Shown here piece after piece: positions 1 through 10,100 of a stretch of DNA of 64,000 nucleotides (positions within the stretch are counted from its first letter, which is position 1; the number at the start of each line of letters is the position of its first letter). The notes beneath the pieces were generated by a model. It had not been told where the DNA came from. It saw nothing but the letters and a program-made list of their open reading frames with translations, and did no database searches. The position numbers were made by a program, and so were the translations under genes. This stretch comes from Ostreococcus lucimarinus. Its lineage: Eukaryota. The stretch lies in NCBI GenBank assembly GCA_000092065.1, contig CP000589.1; one strand, given 5' to 3'.

Positions 1-8
1 CGCGCGGC

Positions 9-1943
9 ATGGCGACGCGCGCGCGAGTCGACGTCCGCGGCGTCGCGCGTCGAATCGTTCGCATCGCATCGCATCGCATCGTCTCGCGTCGCACCGCGCG
101 TTCCGTCGCGTCTTCGCTCGCCGCTCCATCATTCCAAATCGTCTCCGTCTACGTCTCGCTTCGATTCGCGTCGCGCGCGGCGCGTCGTCGCGCGCTTCGA
201 TTCGTCCGCGTCGCCGTCGCGCGCGCGTCGTCGTCCTCGCGCGCGTCGACCGCCTCGCGCGTCTCCATCGCCGCGCGCTGGCTCGGCGTCATCCGCGTCG
301 TTTTGACTCTATTTTTTCTCGCGAGTTTTCCCTCGTTCGCCGCCGTCACGCGTCGTCGTCGCGCGTCGTCCTCGCGCGCGTCGGCTTCCTCGCGTCGGTC
401 GAGCGCCTCGCGCGCGGCGATGTACGCCATCCCGCCCGTGATGACGACGAGCAGCGCCGCGGCGACGCCGAACGCGAGGCCGACGAGCGTCTCGCTCGAC
501 GTCGCGGCGTTCGCGGCGTCGAGCGCGGCGTCGTTCGCGCCGCGGCGCGCGACGTCGCGGATTCGCGCGGACGCGGATTCGCGCGACGCGACGCCGCGCG
601 CTTCGACGGACGCGCGCGCGATCCGCGGCGTCGCGCGACGCGACGCGCGAATCCGCGTCCGCGGACGCCGCGTCGCGACGTCGCGGGACGTCGCGACGGC
701 GACGCGCGCGATGGATGCGCGCGGCATGGCGTCGAGTGACGACGACGCGGTATCCGCGCATCGCGACGCGCGCGCGCGCGACGCGTCGGCGCCGCGCGGC
801 GACGGCGCGATGCCGCGCGCGCGCGCGGACGCGACGCGGGACGCGCGTCGGCGCGCGCGCGACGCGGGACGCGCGACGACGACGCCGACGGCGCGAAATC
901 CGCGACGGCGCGCGCGACGGCGCGCGAGCGCGCCGAAGCGACGCGCGAGCGCCGAGCGCGTCGCGGAGACGGGCGCGAAGAACGCGTACTTCGCGCGCGT
1001 CGACGCGACGGCGCTGGCGGAGGAGGAGGCGCGCGACGACGACGACGCGAAGACGACGCGACGAAGACGCGACGAAGACGACGGGACGGGCGACGCGGCG
1101 ACGCTCCCGCCGGTGTTCGCGGCGGTGACGCGCGCGACGGTGACGGCGATGACGACGGCGAAGGCGCGGCGACGGGCGAGCGATCCCGCGGGCGCGGTGC
1201 GGAGGATCTTTGACGAACGACGCGCGAGACGGGCGGCGGCGACGATTCGGACGACGACGACGACGAACGCGGGACGAAGGACGAGCGAGCCGACGCCGGC
1301 GCGCGCGCGATTCGCACGCGCGTTGGATGGCGCTTTGGACGACGCTTTGGACGACGCGGAGGCGAGCGGAGGGGCGAGCGCGCGGGATGGGGACGACGAC
1401 GCGAGCGACGGGGCGTACGGGTTGTTGCTTCGCGCGGCGCGAGACGAACGCGCGGCGAGAGACGCGTCGTTGCCCGAGGAGTACTCGTTGCAGGAGGTGC
1501 GAGACGGCGGCGCGGCGTGCGAAGATTTGGTCGCGCTGTCCGTCGCGTTCGAGCGCGAGGACGCGCGCGTCGGGTCGCTCGCCGGCGGTTTGGGGGGCGC
1601 GGTGGCGCACGTCTTGCGAACCGCCTCGGGCGAAGCCGTCGGGTACACGTTGACGTACGAAAACCGCGCCCCGGAGTGGGACCGCGCGCGCGCCGTCGTT
1701 CTTCCTCCGCGACTCGCGCACGTGTTCATTCGTCGAGATCACCGCATGCGAGGACTCGGAACGGGTTTGGTGAATTGGTGGCGACGTCGATTCGCGCTGC
1801 GATGCGCTTTTTTCGCCGTCGATTCGCCCAACGACTCGATGACGCGAACGTTGCTTCGCGTCGAATGCGCGCCGGCCACGACGCGTTCGGGTCACGGCGC
1901 GTCTAGTGTACATTACATAGCTCCAGTCGCGGCGTCTTCGTGA
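9..1943 (+). CDS. Uncertain gene; only the C-terminal ~190 aa (about 1380-1943) looks like a folded domain, with a GNAT-like acetyl-CoA motif (R-x-x-G-x-G: RMRGLGTGL, resembling the Eco1/ESCO acetyltransferase core). The N-terminal two thirds is Arg/Ala low complexity in a region where all six frames are open.
   Basis: ORF-track translation; motif AHVFIRRDHRMRGLGTGLVNWW; the 5' 1.3 kb is CGCG-rich with long ORFs on both strands, so the coding status of the N-terminus is unclear. Confidence 0.3.
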   Translation: MATRARVDVRGVARRIVRIASHRIVSRRTARSVASSLAAPSFQIVSVYVSLRFASRAARRRALRFVRVAVARASSSSRASTASRVSIAARWLGVIRVVLTLFFLASFPSFAAVTRRRRASSSRASASSRRSSASRAAMYAIPPVMTTSSAAATPNARPTSVSLDVAAFAASSAASFAPRRATSRIRADADSRDATPRASTDARAIRGVARRDARIRVRGRRVATSRDVATATRAMDARGMASSDDDAVSAHRDARARDASAPRGDGAMPRARADATRDARRRARDAGRATTTPTARNPRRRARRRASAPKRRASAERVAETGAKNAYFARVDATALAEEEARDDDDAKTTRRRRDEDDGTGDAATLPPVFAAVTRATVTAMTTAKARRRASDPAGAVRRIFDERRARRAAATIRTTTTTNAGRRTSEPTPARARFARALDGALDDALDDAEASGGASARDGDDDASDGAYGLLLRAARDERAARDASLPEEYSLQEVRDGGAACEDLVALSVAFEREDARVGSLAGGLGGAVAHVLRTASGEAVGYTLTYENRAPEWDRARAVVLPPRLAHVFIRRDHRMRGLGTGLVNWWRRRFALRCAFFAVDSPNDSMTRTLLRVECAPATTRSGHGASSVHYIAPVAASS

Positions 1944-1984
1944 GCCGAGAGGTTTCACGAGCGCGCGGCGCGCGTTGTAAATTT

Positions 1985-3238
1985 CTATTCCAGCCGGGCG
2001 GGACCTCGGTCCGCCGTCGCGGCGATGTACTTACCAGTCTTTCTGCAGCGGTCGACGTCGTACCCACCGACGAGTTTCGCGCGAATACGATCGGGTAGCT
2101 TGAGCGACGCCTCGACGTCAGCCTTCGTCGCCCCGCGGCCGAGCAAGCGTTCCATGTGCTCGCGGCGCACGCCGTTTTCGAGCACGTCGCGCGTCTCCAC
2201 GCCGCTCTCGTGACTGTCCCATCGAACGCGCTCTTGAAGTTCTTCGTGCATCGCGCGCAAGACGGCCTGCGCCAAGGCGAGCTGACCTTGCGTCTCGGTT
2301 ATCTTGGATTTGAGGTCTTCGGCGTCGCAATCTTCCAAGTCGTCAAAGTACACGCCGCATTCGCGTACGTTGTACGATTCCCCGGTGACTTGGCTCGTGA
2401 GCGTCAAACCTTCGTGCAAGCGATCGATGAGATCGGCATCGACGACGCGACGCGTGAAACAGTCTTCGGGAATGACGCCGCACGATCCAACCTCGAGACC
2501 GCGACGTATTTCTTCTAGATGCGCGATTCGCAAGTGTAGCGCGGCGACGCGACGATCGCGTTCGGCGATCTTTCGCACCAAAGGTTCCGCCTCGCTTTGG
2601 AGCCCTCTGTATCGGCCGAACTCTTCCGCGAACTTCCCCTCCCCGCTCCACGCGAATTCGTACTTGGTCTTTCCCTTCTCGTACCCCTCGTCGCCCTCTT
2701 CTAATTTCCGCGGCGTCCACACCTCGGGATTCTTCCCGACGCTCGCCGCGCGCGTCCCGAGCGACCGCGCGCCTTCGGCCACGACTTCACACATCGCACT
2801 CGCGCACGCTTCCATCGCTGGATGTAACGGGTCGATCGTCAACGCTCCGTCCAACACTTCGCACGTCCCTCGACCGTCGTCATCTCTCGCGTTACCGAAT
2901 CGCAGCTGCACCGCCGCGCCGCGTTCCGCCAACGTCCCGAGCTGTCGCTGCGCCACCTCTCGCGCGTCTACGATCTTCGTCAGCCTCGGTTCGATCGATC
3001 GCGTGAACCTCACGCCGTGAATTTCGATCAAGCACGTATCGCACGCGCGCGACACGCGCCCGTCGCCGTCCTCAACGCGCGTCAAGCGCGTCATGTGCCC
3101 GGTCGTCCCAGTCGTCGTCGCGCGCACGAGTTTCGAGCGTTTCGTGCGGTCGAAGCGGAACGCGATCGTCTTCGCTCGAACGGTGGCGTCGGCGGACGAG
3201 GTAAACATGACGCGCACGTCGTGCGCGACGTCGGTCAT
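1985..3238 (-). CDS. Conserved hypothetical protein (417 aa) with a central coiled-coil/acidic region; family not recognised
   Basis: Clean 417-aa ORF with balanced, non-repetitive composition, sitting between two other genes; no diagnostic motif identified by eye. Confidence 0.45.
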   Translation of the reverse strand: MTDVAHDVRVMFTSSADATVRAKTIAFRFDRTKRSKLVRATTTGTTGHMTRLTRVEDGDGRVSRACDTCLIEIHGVRFTRSIEPRLTKIVDAREVAQRQLGTLAERGAAVQLRFGNARDDDGRGTCEVLDGALTIDPLHPAMEACASAMCEVVAEGARSLGTRAASVGKNPEVWTPRKLEEGDEGYEKGKTKYEFAWSGEGKFAEEFGRYRGLQSEAEPLVRKIAERDRRVAALHLRIAHLEEIRRGLEVGSCGVIPEDCFTRRVVDADLIDRLHEGLTLTSQVTGESYNVRECGVYFDDLEDCDAEDLKSKITETQGQLALAQAVLRAMHEELQERVRWDSHESGVETRDVLENGVRREHMERLLGRGATKADVEASLKLPDRIRAKLVGGYDVDRCRKTGKYIAATADRGPARLE

Positions 3239-3470
3239 CGCGCGATGGCGCGCGCGCGAGTGCGGACGGCGTCAGCGTTCGCGTTTCGTTTTTTTCGAGC
3301 GTTTCTCGAGCGTTTCGACGCGCGACCGCGCGTCTCCGAAATGCGCGAAACACCCCCCCGCGTCTCCGCGTAGTTCGCGTCGCGCCCGACCGCACGCAGA
3401 CGCGCGCGGTGGCGATGCGAGGCGGTACGCGTTACGTTGACTCCGTGCGCACGATCGCGCGTCTCGCGCG

Positions 3471-5447
3471 ATGACGGCGCGCCATGACGCGCGCGCGCGA
3501 GCCGGTCGACGCCGCGTCGTCATCGTCGCGGTGTTGGCGGCCTGGGCGTGGGCGACCGCGGCGAGTGCGGCGCCGTTCGAGAACGCCGCGGCGCTCAAAG
3601 CAGCGGTGAACAATTGCCTCGCGGCGAGTCACACGGGTGATTGCGATTGCTCGAGCGCGTCTGTGGACTGTGGGGCGGCGGGGAGCGACGCGATGTCGCA
3701 GTGGGACACGAGTCTGGTTCCGGACATGAGCTACTTGTTCCACGACGCCCGTTCCTTCAATCAGTCCATCGGGAACTGGAATACGAGTCAAGTAACGAAC
3801 ATGGTTGGGATGTTCTTGTACGCCGCTGCTTTCAATCAGCCCATCGGGAACTGGGACACGAGTCAAGTGACTAACATGACTGACATGTTTGCGATCGCCC
3901 GTTCCTTTAACCAACCCATTGGTGACTGGAACACGAGCCAAGTCATGGACATGCGTTTTATGTTCGCTACTGCTTATGCTTTCGATAGTCCTATCCGCAA
4001 CTGGGACATCAGCCAAGTGACGAACACGAGTTACATGTTCTATTCTATTGCTGCATCTTTCAATGTTTTCAACCAATCCGTCGAGAACTGGAACACGAGC
4101 CAAGTTATGGACATGCGTGGGATGTTCGGGAACGCACGTTACTTCAACAAGCCTATCGGCGGCTGGAACACGAGCCAGGTTACGGACATGCGTAACATGT
4201 TCGTTACCGCCTCTTCCTTCAACCAGCCCATCGGTGACTGGGACACGAGCCAGGTTACGGACATGCGTTACATGTTCGCTACCGCCTCTTCCTTCAACCA
4301 GCCCATCGGTGACTGGGACACGAGCCAGGTTACAGACATGCGTGGAATGTTGGGGTCTGTGTCCTTCAATCAGCCCATCGGGAACTGGAACACGAGCCAG
4401 GTTACAGACATGCGTACGATGTTCGCTACCGCCTCTTCCTTCAACGCGCCTATCGGTGACTGGAACACGAGCCAAGTTACAGACATGGGTAGAATGTTTT
4501 ACGCAGCCTCTTCTTTTAACCGGTCTATTGGCGACTGGAACACGAGCCAAGTCACGGACATGCAGTCGATGTTTTACGCCTCTTCATTCGATCAACCCAT
4601 CGGGAACTGGGACACAAGCCTAGTCACATACATGAATTCGATGTTCAACAGCGCAGTTTCCTTCAACCAGTCTATCGGTGGCTGGAACACGAGCCGAGTG
4701 GTGAGCATGCAGTCGATGTTCGCGAACGCATTTTCCTTCAACCAGCCCATCGGGAACTGGAACACGGGCCGAGTGGTGAGCATGCATTCCATGTTTGACA
4801 GCGCAGTTTATTTCAACCAGCCCATCGGGAACTGGAACACGGGCCGAGTGGTGAGCATGAATTCCATGTTTGACAGCGCAGGCTTTTTCAACCAGCCCAT
4901 CGGGAACTGGGACACGAGCCAGGTTACAGACATGAATTCCATGTTTGATAGCGCAGGCTCTTTCAACCAGCCCATCGGGAACTGGAACACGAGCCAGGTT
5001 ACAGACATGAATTCCATGTTTGATAGCGCAGGCTCTTTCAACCAGCCCATCGGTGACTGGGACACGAGCCAGGTTACAGACATGCATTGGATGTTCCAGG
5101 GTGCCTCTTCCTTCAACCAGCCTATTGGAGACTGGGATACGAGCCAAGTGGTGACCTCGTACTCATTTAGCGAAATGTTCAAGGACGCAACGGCGTGGCT
5201 ATGCTCACACACACACAATACGTCGGATCCGATGCATTTTCAAAGATACTACGATGGTCCACCGTCTTTTTGGTTCGAGTCAGCGGCTGGAATCGGTGCA
5301 GTGTGCTTGTCTCCACCACCGCCAACCACACTACCGTGTGTATATGTCGCCGCCCCTCCGTTGACCGCAAGGTCGACTGGAACCGCGAGGTCGAGTGTCG
5401 CACTCTCGCTATATACGACAGTCATTATCATATACTTCCACGCCTGA
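3471..5447 (+). CDS. Secreted/surface protein made of 19 tandem DUF285-type 'bacterial surface protein 26-residue repeats' (consensus [24 protein letters not shown]). It has an N-terminal signal peptide and a hydrophobic C-terminal tail (possible membrane or GPI anchor).
   Basis: Translation shows the repeated FNQPIG[ND]W[ND]TSQVT[DN]M..MF unit typical of Mycoplasma/Listeria DUF285 (TIGR02167-like) repeats; signal-like [20 protein letters not shown]; C-terminal [11 protein letters not shown]. Confidence 0.8.
   Translation: MTARHDARARAGRRRVVIVAVLAAWAWATAASAAPFENAAALKAAVNNCLAASHTGDCDCSSASVDCGAAGSDAMSQWDTSLVPDMSYLFHDARSFNQSIGNWNTSQVTNMVGMFLYAAAFNQPIGNWDTSQVTNMTDMFAIARSFNQPIGDWNTSQVMDMRFMFATAYAFDSPIRNWDISQVTNTSYMFYSIAASFNVFNQSVENWNTSQVMDMRGMFGNARYFNKPIGGWNTSQVTDMRNMFVTASSFNQPIGDWDTSQVTDMRYMFATASSFNQPIGDWDTSQVTDMRGMLGSVSFNQPIGNWNTSQVTDMRTMFATASSFNAPIGDWNTSQVTDMGRMFYAASSFNRSIGDWNTSQVTDMQSMFYASSFDQPIGNWDTSLVTYMNSMFNSAVSFNQSIGGWNTSRVVSMQSMFANAFSFNQPIGNWNTGRVVSMHSMFDSAVYFNQPIGNWNTGRVVSMNSMFDSAGFFNQPIGNWDTSQVTDMNSMFDSAGSFNQPIGNWNTSQVTDMNSMFDSAGSFNQPIGDWDTSQVTDMHWMFQGASSFNQPIGDWDTSQVVTSYSFSEMFKDATAWLCSHTHNTSDPMHFQRYYDGPPSFWFESAAGIGAVCLSPPPPTTLPCVYVAAPPLTARSTGTARSSVALSLYTTVIIIYFHA
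3745..5160 (+). repeat. Intragenic tandem array, about 19 units of 72-75 bp, many near-identical at the nucleotide level
   Basis: Units such as ttcaaccagcccatcgggaactgg(g/a)acacgagccaggttacagacatg recur with few substitutions; this also creates long spurious antisense ORFs. Confidence 0.85.
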
Positions 5448-5642
5448 AACTGAGACAGAAACTGAGACATCGCACATTCACAAATCCTACAAGGATATGA
5501 TACCGTAGTCATAGTGGATATATACAGTGCTGCTCTCGCATTTCCAGTTCCTACCTGATGAATACTGGATTATGGGGTGATTTTCAAACAAGTGTAGAGT
5601 ACTAGCCTCCATTTCTCGCTTGTTCTTGAAATACAACTTGAA

Positions 5643-7808
5643 TTACAACTCGAGGCAAACTGAGGGCGTCGAGACATAATCGCCATCACCTGTCGCAGCG
5701 CGCGCGAAAATCTCTATCACGACGTCGGCGGCGGTGGCGGGCGTGAGTCCGCACGCCACGACGGGAACGACGATGATAGAAACGTCGTACACGCGCCGAA
5801 TCGCCGACGCGAGAGTCTCACTGAGCGCCGAATCGACGCTTAAATTATGATACAGTCGGCATGTGGACACATGCGACGCGGTCAGCTCGGCTTCGCCTAA
5901 ATACAGTGCGATTCGTGCCAAGATGTGCCCGTTGGTGAGCTCATCACTTTTCAAGACGGCTTGTTTGACGCTGATTGAACACTGGAGGAATCGCCCTGGG
6001 CGGCGAACGCTCGTCGATTCCATCACGTCGCAAGCCGAGTCGCCTCGCACAGACTCGCGCACGAGCGTTTCCTCGCCATCGAACGATTCTTCGTCGCCGA
6101 GAGGTCCTGTGCCGACGAGCAACGTGGGAGCGATCTCACCGATGGCGTTCTTTGGAAGATCGGTGACGGTGAGGTACGTCGTCGTCGGGCGCCATAGAAA
6201 TCTTCGTCCACTCTGCGCGACGACGCGTTCGAAGGACGCCGACATCACGTTCGCTGGATGCACGCCCTCTGCTTCGTAGTCTGCGTTGTACTTCGCACTA
6301 GTGTAGAACGTCACCGCCAGCGCTCGTTCACCAAGTGGCGCACCCGTGATGTCTGCGACAGCGACGGCGCTCGCCATCGCGCGGTCGAGTTGGGCAACTA
6401 TTCCGGGCACCAAGTCTAACGTTGTCGGCTCCATACCGATTTGCCCGGCCACGTACGCCAGGCCGTTCACACGAATCGACTGACCGTACGGCCCGATGCA
6501 CGCGGGAGCCCACGACGACAGTGACTGCACGTGTAGTGATTTTCGTTCGTTACCGCCGTCGAGGATGAACAAGCAATCAATCTGAACCTTGGCGTCGCCG
6601 GGCAAGCACGTGGCGACGCACGCGCGGGCGCTGGGCGCGACGGGCGGCATGTATCTAGAATACACGCCATTAACCGTTGCGAACTGGCTCATATCATCTA
6701 GATAAACGTGCGTCATGGCGACATTACGCCACGCCTCAGTCGCCCCGTCCTCGCCGAGTTTTTCGGCGACGAGAGCGCGCATCGTCTGAAAAATAGCCTC
6801 CGCACACGTTTCGTGCGTCTCGCTCGCTGGATCTGCGGCGCGCAAAGACACCGAAAGTATCGAACCCACTAAGCCTATCGTGTGATGCACACGGCAGGTC
6901 GTACCTGTGACTGCAACGCAACCTTCGGTTTCGGCCGTGAACTCCAACGTCGCGGACGCCGTCGCCGACGCTCTCACGCGAGGCGCGTCGTCTTCGACCC
7001 AAATCACCCTCCCGGGCGCGATTTCATCCCCCTTCTCTTTGAGCACGACGTCAAACGCGTCGATGACCAAGTGACCGCTCGGCGCGAATCGATCTTCGCT
7101 CGTCTTCACCGTCCTCGTCTCCGTAATCGCCAAACTCGCGCGAGCGAACATCGGACAATCCACCACGAGCGTCTCAAACTCCCCGCCTTCGCCCGCGCAG
7201 TGCGACCCGTACTCATCTTCAACCCTAATCAGCGTCTCCCTCGCGTCCGCGATGGACATCCCCAAGTGTTTCCCCGGATCCAATCCCATCGCCGCCACCT
7301 TGACCAGACGCGCGTCGACGCCCTCCGCCTCCACCCGCCGTAAAACCTCTCGCTGTTCCACGCGCCACAGCGGCGCCAACGACGTCAGCCCCAGGCTCGC
7401 GCACACCGCTTCCACCCGCAACCGCTGATAATCGCTCAGTATCGCCCCCGAGCACACGCTATTCACATCCGGTCGCTCGCGTTTCGCCGCCGCCAACGCC
7501 GCGCGCAAATCCTCCACCTCGTCCCCCTCCTCTCCGTCCCCGTACTCCAGCCCCAGCGCCTTCGACCGCCCCGTGATCCGTCGGCGGTACACGTCCAACC
7601 CCGCGCACGCCGCGAACGCCCCCACGCACTCGTGCGCGACCGTCTGAAAGCAGTGCGAGTCCACCTCGCGCGTCGCCGCGTCCCTCGGGCACAGGTTGAC
7701 GAGGCACGCCACCGTCGCGTCCGCGCGCCTCGACGTCTCGATCGCCGCCAAAACGCCGTCCTTGCCGCCGGACACGAGCGCCGCGCACGCGTACCGCCGC
7801 TCGGGCAT
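5643..7808 (-). CDS. DPH6: Diphthine--ammonia ligase (diphthamide synthetase): N-terminal PP-loop ATPase (Alpha_ANH_like_IV) plus two C-terminal YjgF/RidA domains
   Basis: MPERRYACAALVSGGKDGV PP-loop start as in yeast Dph6; C-terminal GPYGQSIRVNGLAYVAGQIG RidA motif; start set at the internal Met (7808) because the upstream 27 codons are Arg-rich. Confidence 0.8.
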   Translation of the reverse strand: MPERRYACAALVSGGKDGVLAAIETSRRADATVACLVNLCPRDAATREVDSHCFQTVAHECVGAFAACAGLDVYRRRITGRSKALGLEYGDGEEGDEVEDLRAALAAAKRERPDVNSVCSGAILSDYQRLRVEAVCASLGLTSLAPLWRVEQREVLRRVEAEGVDARLVKVAAMGLDPGKHLGMSIADARETLIRVEDEYGSHCAGEGGEFETLVVDCPMFARASLAITETRTVKTSEDRFAPSGHLVIDAFDVVLKEKGDEIAPGRVIWVEDDAPRVRASATASATLEFTAETEGCVAVTGTTCRVHHTIGLVGSILSVSLRAADPASETHETCAEAIFQTMRALVAEKLGEDGATEAWRNVAMTHVYLDDMSQFATVNGVYSRYMPPVAPSARACVATCLPGDAKVQIDCLFILDGGNERKSLHVQSLSSWAPACIGPYGQSIRVNGLAYVAGQIGMEPTTLDLVPGIVAQLDRAMASAVAVADITGAPLGERALAVTFYTSAKYNADYEAEGVHPANVMSASFERVVAQSGRRFLWRPTTTYLTVTDLPKNAIGEIAPTLLVGTGPLGDEESFDGEETLVRESVRGDSACDVMESTSVRRPGRFLQCSISVKQAVLKSDELTNGHILARIALYLGEAELTASHVSTCRLYHNLSVDSALSETLASAIRRVYDVSIIVVPVVACGLTPATAADVVIEIFARAATGDGDYVSTPSVCLEL

Positions 7809-7948
7809 CGCGACTCGCGACGCCGCGCGTCGACGCCGAGTGGCGTCGACGCCGCGCGACGTCGACGCCGCCTTATCCGCGCCGCACACGTCGACGCCGC
7901 GCGCGAGCGACGCGAACGCAGAGCGCGCGTGCGACGCGCGCGCTTCCG

Positions 7949-10024
7949 ATGGCGATGACGACCGCGCGAGGGGCGACGGCGACGCGCGCGCGCGCGAGGG
8001 CGACGACGATCGGCGGAAAGAAGAGGGATGGCGAGACGACGCGCGCGCGAGGACGCGCGCGGACGCGCGCGCGCGCGGACGCGCGCGAGGCGCGCGAAAA
8101 AACGATGGGACGACGCGCGGCGATCGGCGTCGCGGCGATCGCGCTGCACGGAGGAAAACGGAACGCGGCGCGGGCGGAGGAGGAGGCGGCGGCGACGGGG
8201 ACGGCGACGGCGACGCCGCGGGGGACGGCGAACGCGCTGGACGCGTACGAGATGGCGACCAGGAGCGGTGGGAACTCGAACACGGCGAAAGCGATCGTGA
8301 ATAAGGGCGAGAAGAAGAGCAAGGTGAAGATTGAGGCGAAGGAGGCGTCGAGCGGGCCGCCGGGGGCGCTGCTCGGAGCGATTCCCGTCGTGCTCGGTCT
8401 CGGCGGATTCGCCGCGTTCAAATCGTTGAGCGGCGGGTCGTCGGCGGATGACGACGATGACGACGAGCCGATTCGTGCGCCGCCGAAGAAGCCGTCGTTG
8501 CCGAAATTTGAGGCGCCGAAGGTTGTGCCGCCGAAGTTTGACGCGCCCGAGATTGACGCGCCCAAATTTGAAGTTCCCAAGTTTGAGATGCCGAAGATTC
8601 CGGGCGTCGGCGGCAGTGGTTTGCCACCGGATGCGCCTCGCGCGGGCTTCCCATCGCGCGCGGATTCTTTCGCTGAGGAGGAGGAAGAACAAGAGGAAGA
8701 AGAGGAAGCCGTCGAAGACGAAGACAGAGAGGCGCGCAAAGCGCGCCGCGCAGCTGAACGAGCCGAGCGCGAAGCCGAGCGCGCCGCGCGGGATGCTGAG
8801 CGTGAAGCAGCTAAGGCGCAACGCGCCGCTGAGCGTGAAGCCGTCGAAGACGAAGACAGAGAGGCGCGCAAAGCGCGCCGCGCAGCTGAACGAGCCGAGC
8901 GCGAAGCCGAGCGCGCCGCGCGGGATGCTGAGCGTGAAGCAGCTGAGGCGCAACGCGCCGCTGAGCGTGAAGCCGCAGAAGCTGAACGAGCTCAGGCGAA
9001 GGAAGCCAAGGCGCGGGAGGCGGAACGCATCGAGCGCGATCGCAGCGCCGAAGAGAGAGACGCGGCTGAACGTAAGAAACGCGAAAAGCAGCTCATCGAA
9101 CAGGAGCGCGAGCGTATCAAGGCCGAAAAGCGAGTCCGTGCGGAACAACAGCGCGCGGCCCGCGATGCGGAAAAGGCTGAGCGCCAAGCGGAAAGGGATG
9201 CGCGCGAAGCGGAGCGACAGGCTGAAAAGGAAGCTCGAGCCGCCGAGCGAGCGGATCGCAAGGCCGCAAACGCTCTCCTCAAGTCCAAGCCAAAGTCAGC
9301 GCCGGAACCCAAGGAAGCCAAGGAAGAGAAATCGTTCACGCAACTCTTTGCGAAAAAGAACGTCGAAGACAGCGAACCACCGGCCAAAACGCAAGTCATG
9401 AAAAAGGCGAAGCCCGAGCCGATTGCGCGAACTCAAGTCATGTCCAAGAGTGGGAAATCGTCTGGCGTGGCCGAATTGCCATCCAAATTCCCGAGCGTTG
9501 AGGATTTGGAAGGTTTAAGCAAGGAAGAAAAGCTTGCGATCGCCGATGAGGCCGACGCCTTCGCCGAACGCTTGGTTCGTAAGGCTGAAGCTGCGGAGAA
9601 ATTCGCCAACGGTCCGGTCGTCGGCGTCCTCTTCTTCTTGAAGTCTGGCGCCATCAAGTCCGCTGAGCGTGCCGCCGAGGTCGCAGAGCTCGCCGAAGCG
9701 ACCGCCGCGCAAGTTCGATCGGCGGCGGAGCGCGGCGATGGCATCTCTGGCGCCGTTATCGGCGCCATCGCCGCGACCGTTCTCGTCGGCGGTGGCGCCG
9801 CGTTGTTGGGCGGCTCGTTGTTGGGCGGCGATAACGCACCCTCCTCCGGACCCAAGGCTGTGGCCATCAAGAAAGCTGCGGCTCCCAAGGCATCGGCACC
9901 TATGTTCGCCGCGCCGCCTCAAGAGGCGCCCAAGCTTCGCGATTTGGAAGCTCTCGAAGCCATCGAGAAACTGAACAACGGCGAAGGCGACGCGTTGGAC
10001 CTGTACGAACAGATGCGCCGCTAA
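7949..10024 (+). CDS. Hypothetical highly charged (Glu/Arg/Ala) coiled-coil protein with two hydrophobic segments; contains an exact 132-bp tandem duplication
   Basis: ORF translation: AEREAERAARDAEREAAKAQRAAEREA blocks; hydrophobic LLGAIPVVLGLGGFAAF and GAVIGAIAATVLVGGGAALLGG; start uncertain (several in-frame Met). Confidence 0.5.
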   Translation: MAMTTARGATATRARARATTIGGKKRDGETTRARGRARTRARADAREAREKTMGRRAAIGVAAIALHGGKRNAARAEEEAAATGTATATPRGTANALDAYEMATRSGGNSNTAKAIVNKGEKKSKVKIEAKEASSGPPGALLGAIPVVLGLGGFAAFKSLSGGSSADDDDDDEPIRAPPKKPSLPKFEAPKVVPPKFDAPEIDAPKFEVPKFEMPKIPGVGGSGLPPDAPRAGFPSRADSFAEEEEEQEEEEEAVEDEDREARKARRAAERAEREAERAARDAEREAAKAQRAAEREAVEDEDREARKARRAAERAEREAERAARDAEREAAEAQRAAEREAAEAERAQAKEAKAREAERIERDRSAEERDAAERKKREKQLIEQERERIKAEKRVRAEQQRAARDAEKAERQAERDAREAERQAEKEARAAERADRKAANALLKSKPKSAPEPKEAKEEKSFTQLFAKKNVEDSEPPAKTQVMKKAKPEPIARTQVMSKSGKSSGVAELPSKFPSVEDLEGLSKEEKLAIADEADAFAERLVRKAEAAEKFANGPVVGVLFFLKSGAIKSAERAAEVAELAEATAAQVRSAAERGDGISGAVIGAIAATVLVGGGAALLGGSLLGGDNAPSSGPKAVAIKKAAAPKASAPMFAAPPQEAPKLRDLEALEAIEKLNNGEGDALDLYEQMRR
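8708..8971 (+). repeat. 2 x 132-bp near-perfect tandem duplication inside the CDS (encodes AVEDEDREARKARRAAERAEREAERAARDAEREAA[K/E]AQRAAERE twice)
   Basis: Direct comparison of 8708-8839 with 8840-8971. Confidence 0.85.
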
Positions 10025-10100
10025 TACACATTATCTGTCGACCGCGACTGCGAGCAAAGGCGTACATATTCGTTCGATTTTGATACAAGACTATAACATT

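Noticed and set aside
149-1958. Three long minus-strand ORFs (149..1729, 309..1958, 346..1317)
   Set aside because: Poly-Arg/Ser/Ala translations in a CGCG-rich stop-free region; no domain signal
3745-5160. Regular 75-bp spacing reminiscent of a CRISPR array
   Set aside because: There is no repeat/spacer alternation; the whole array is one continuous coding frame of protein repeats in a eukaryotic gene
3432-5218. Long minus-strand ORFs (3432..4550, 4620..5147, 4808..5218) with their own repetitive translations
   Set aside because: They are antisense reading frames of the DUF285 tandem array; the repeats propagate open frames on the other strand and carry no independent motif
7463-9187. 574-aa minus-strand ORF overlapping the DPH6 5' end and the charged-protein gene
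   Set aside because: Arg/Ala/Ser low complexity with no motif; antisense to two better-supported genes; typical GC-rich stop-poor artefact
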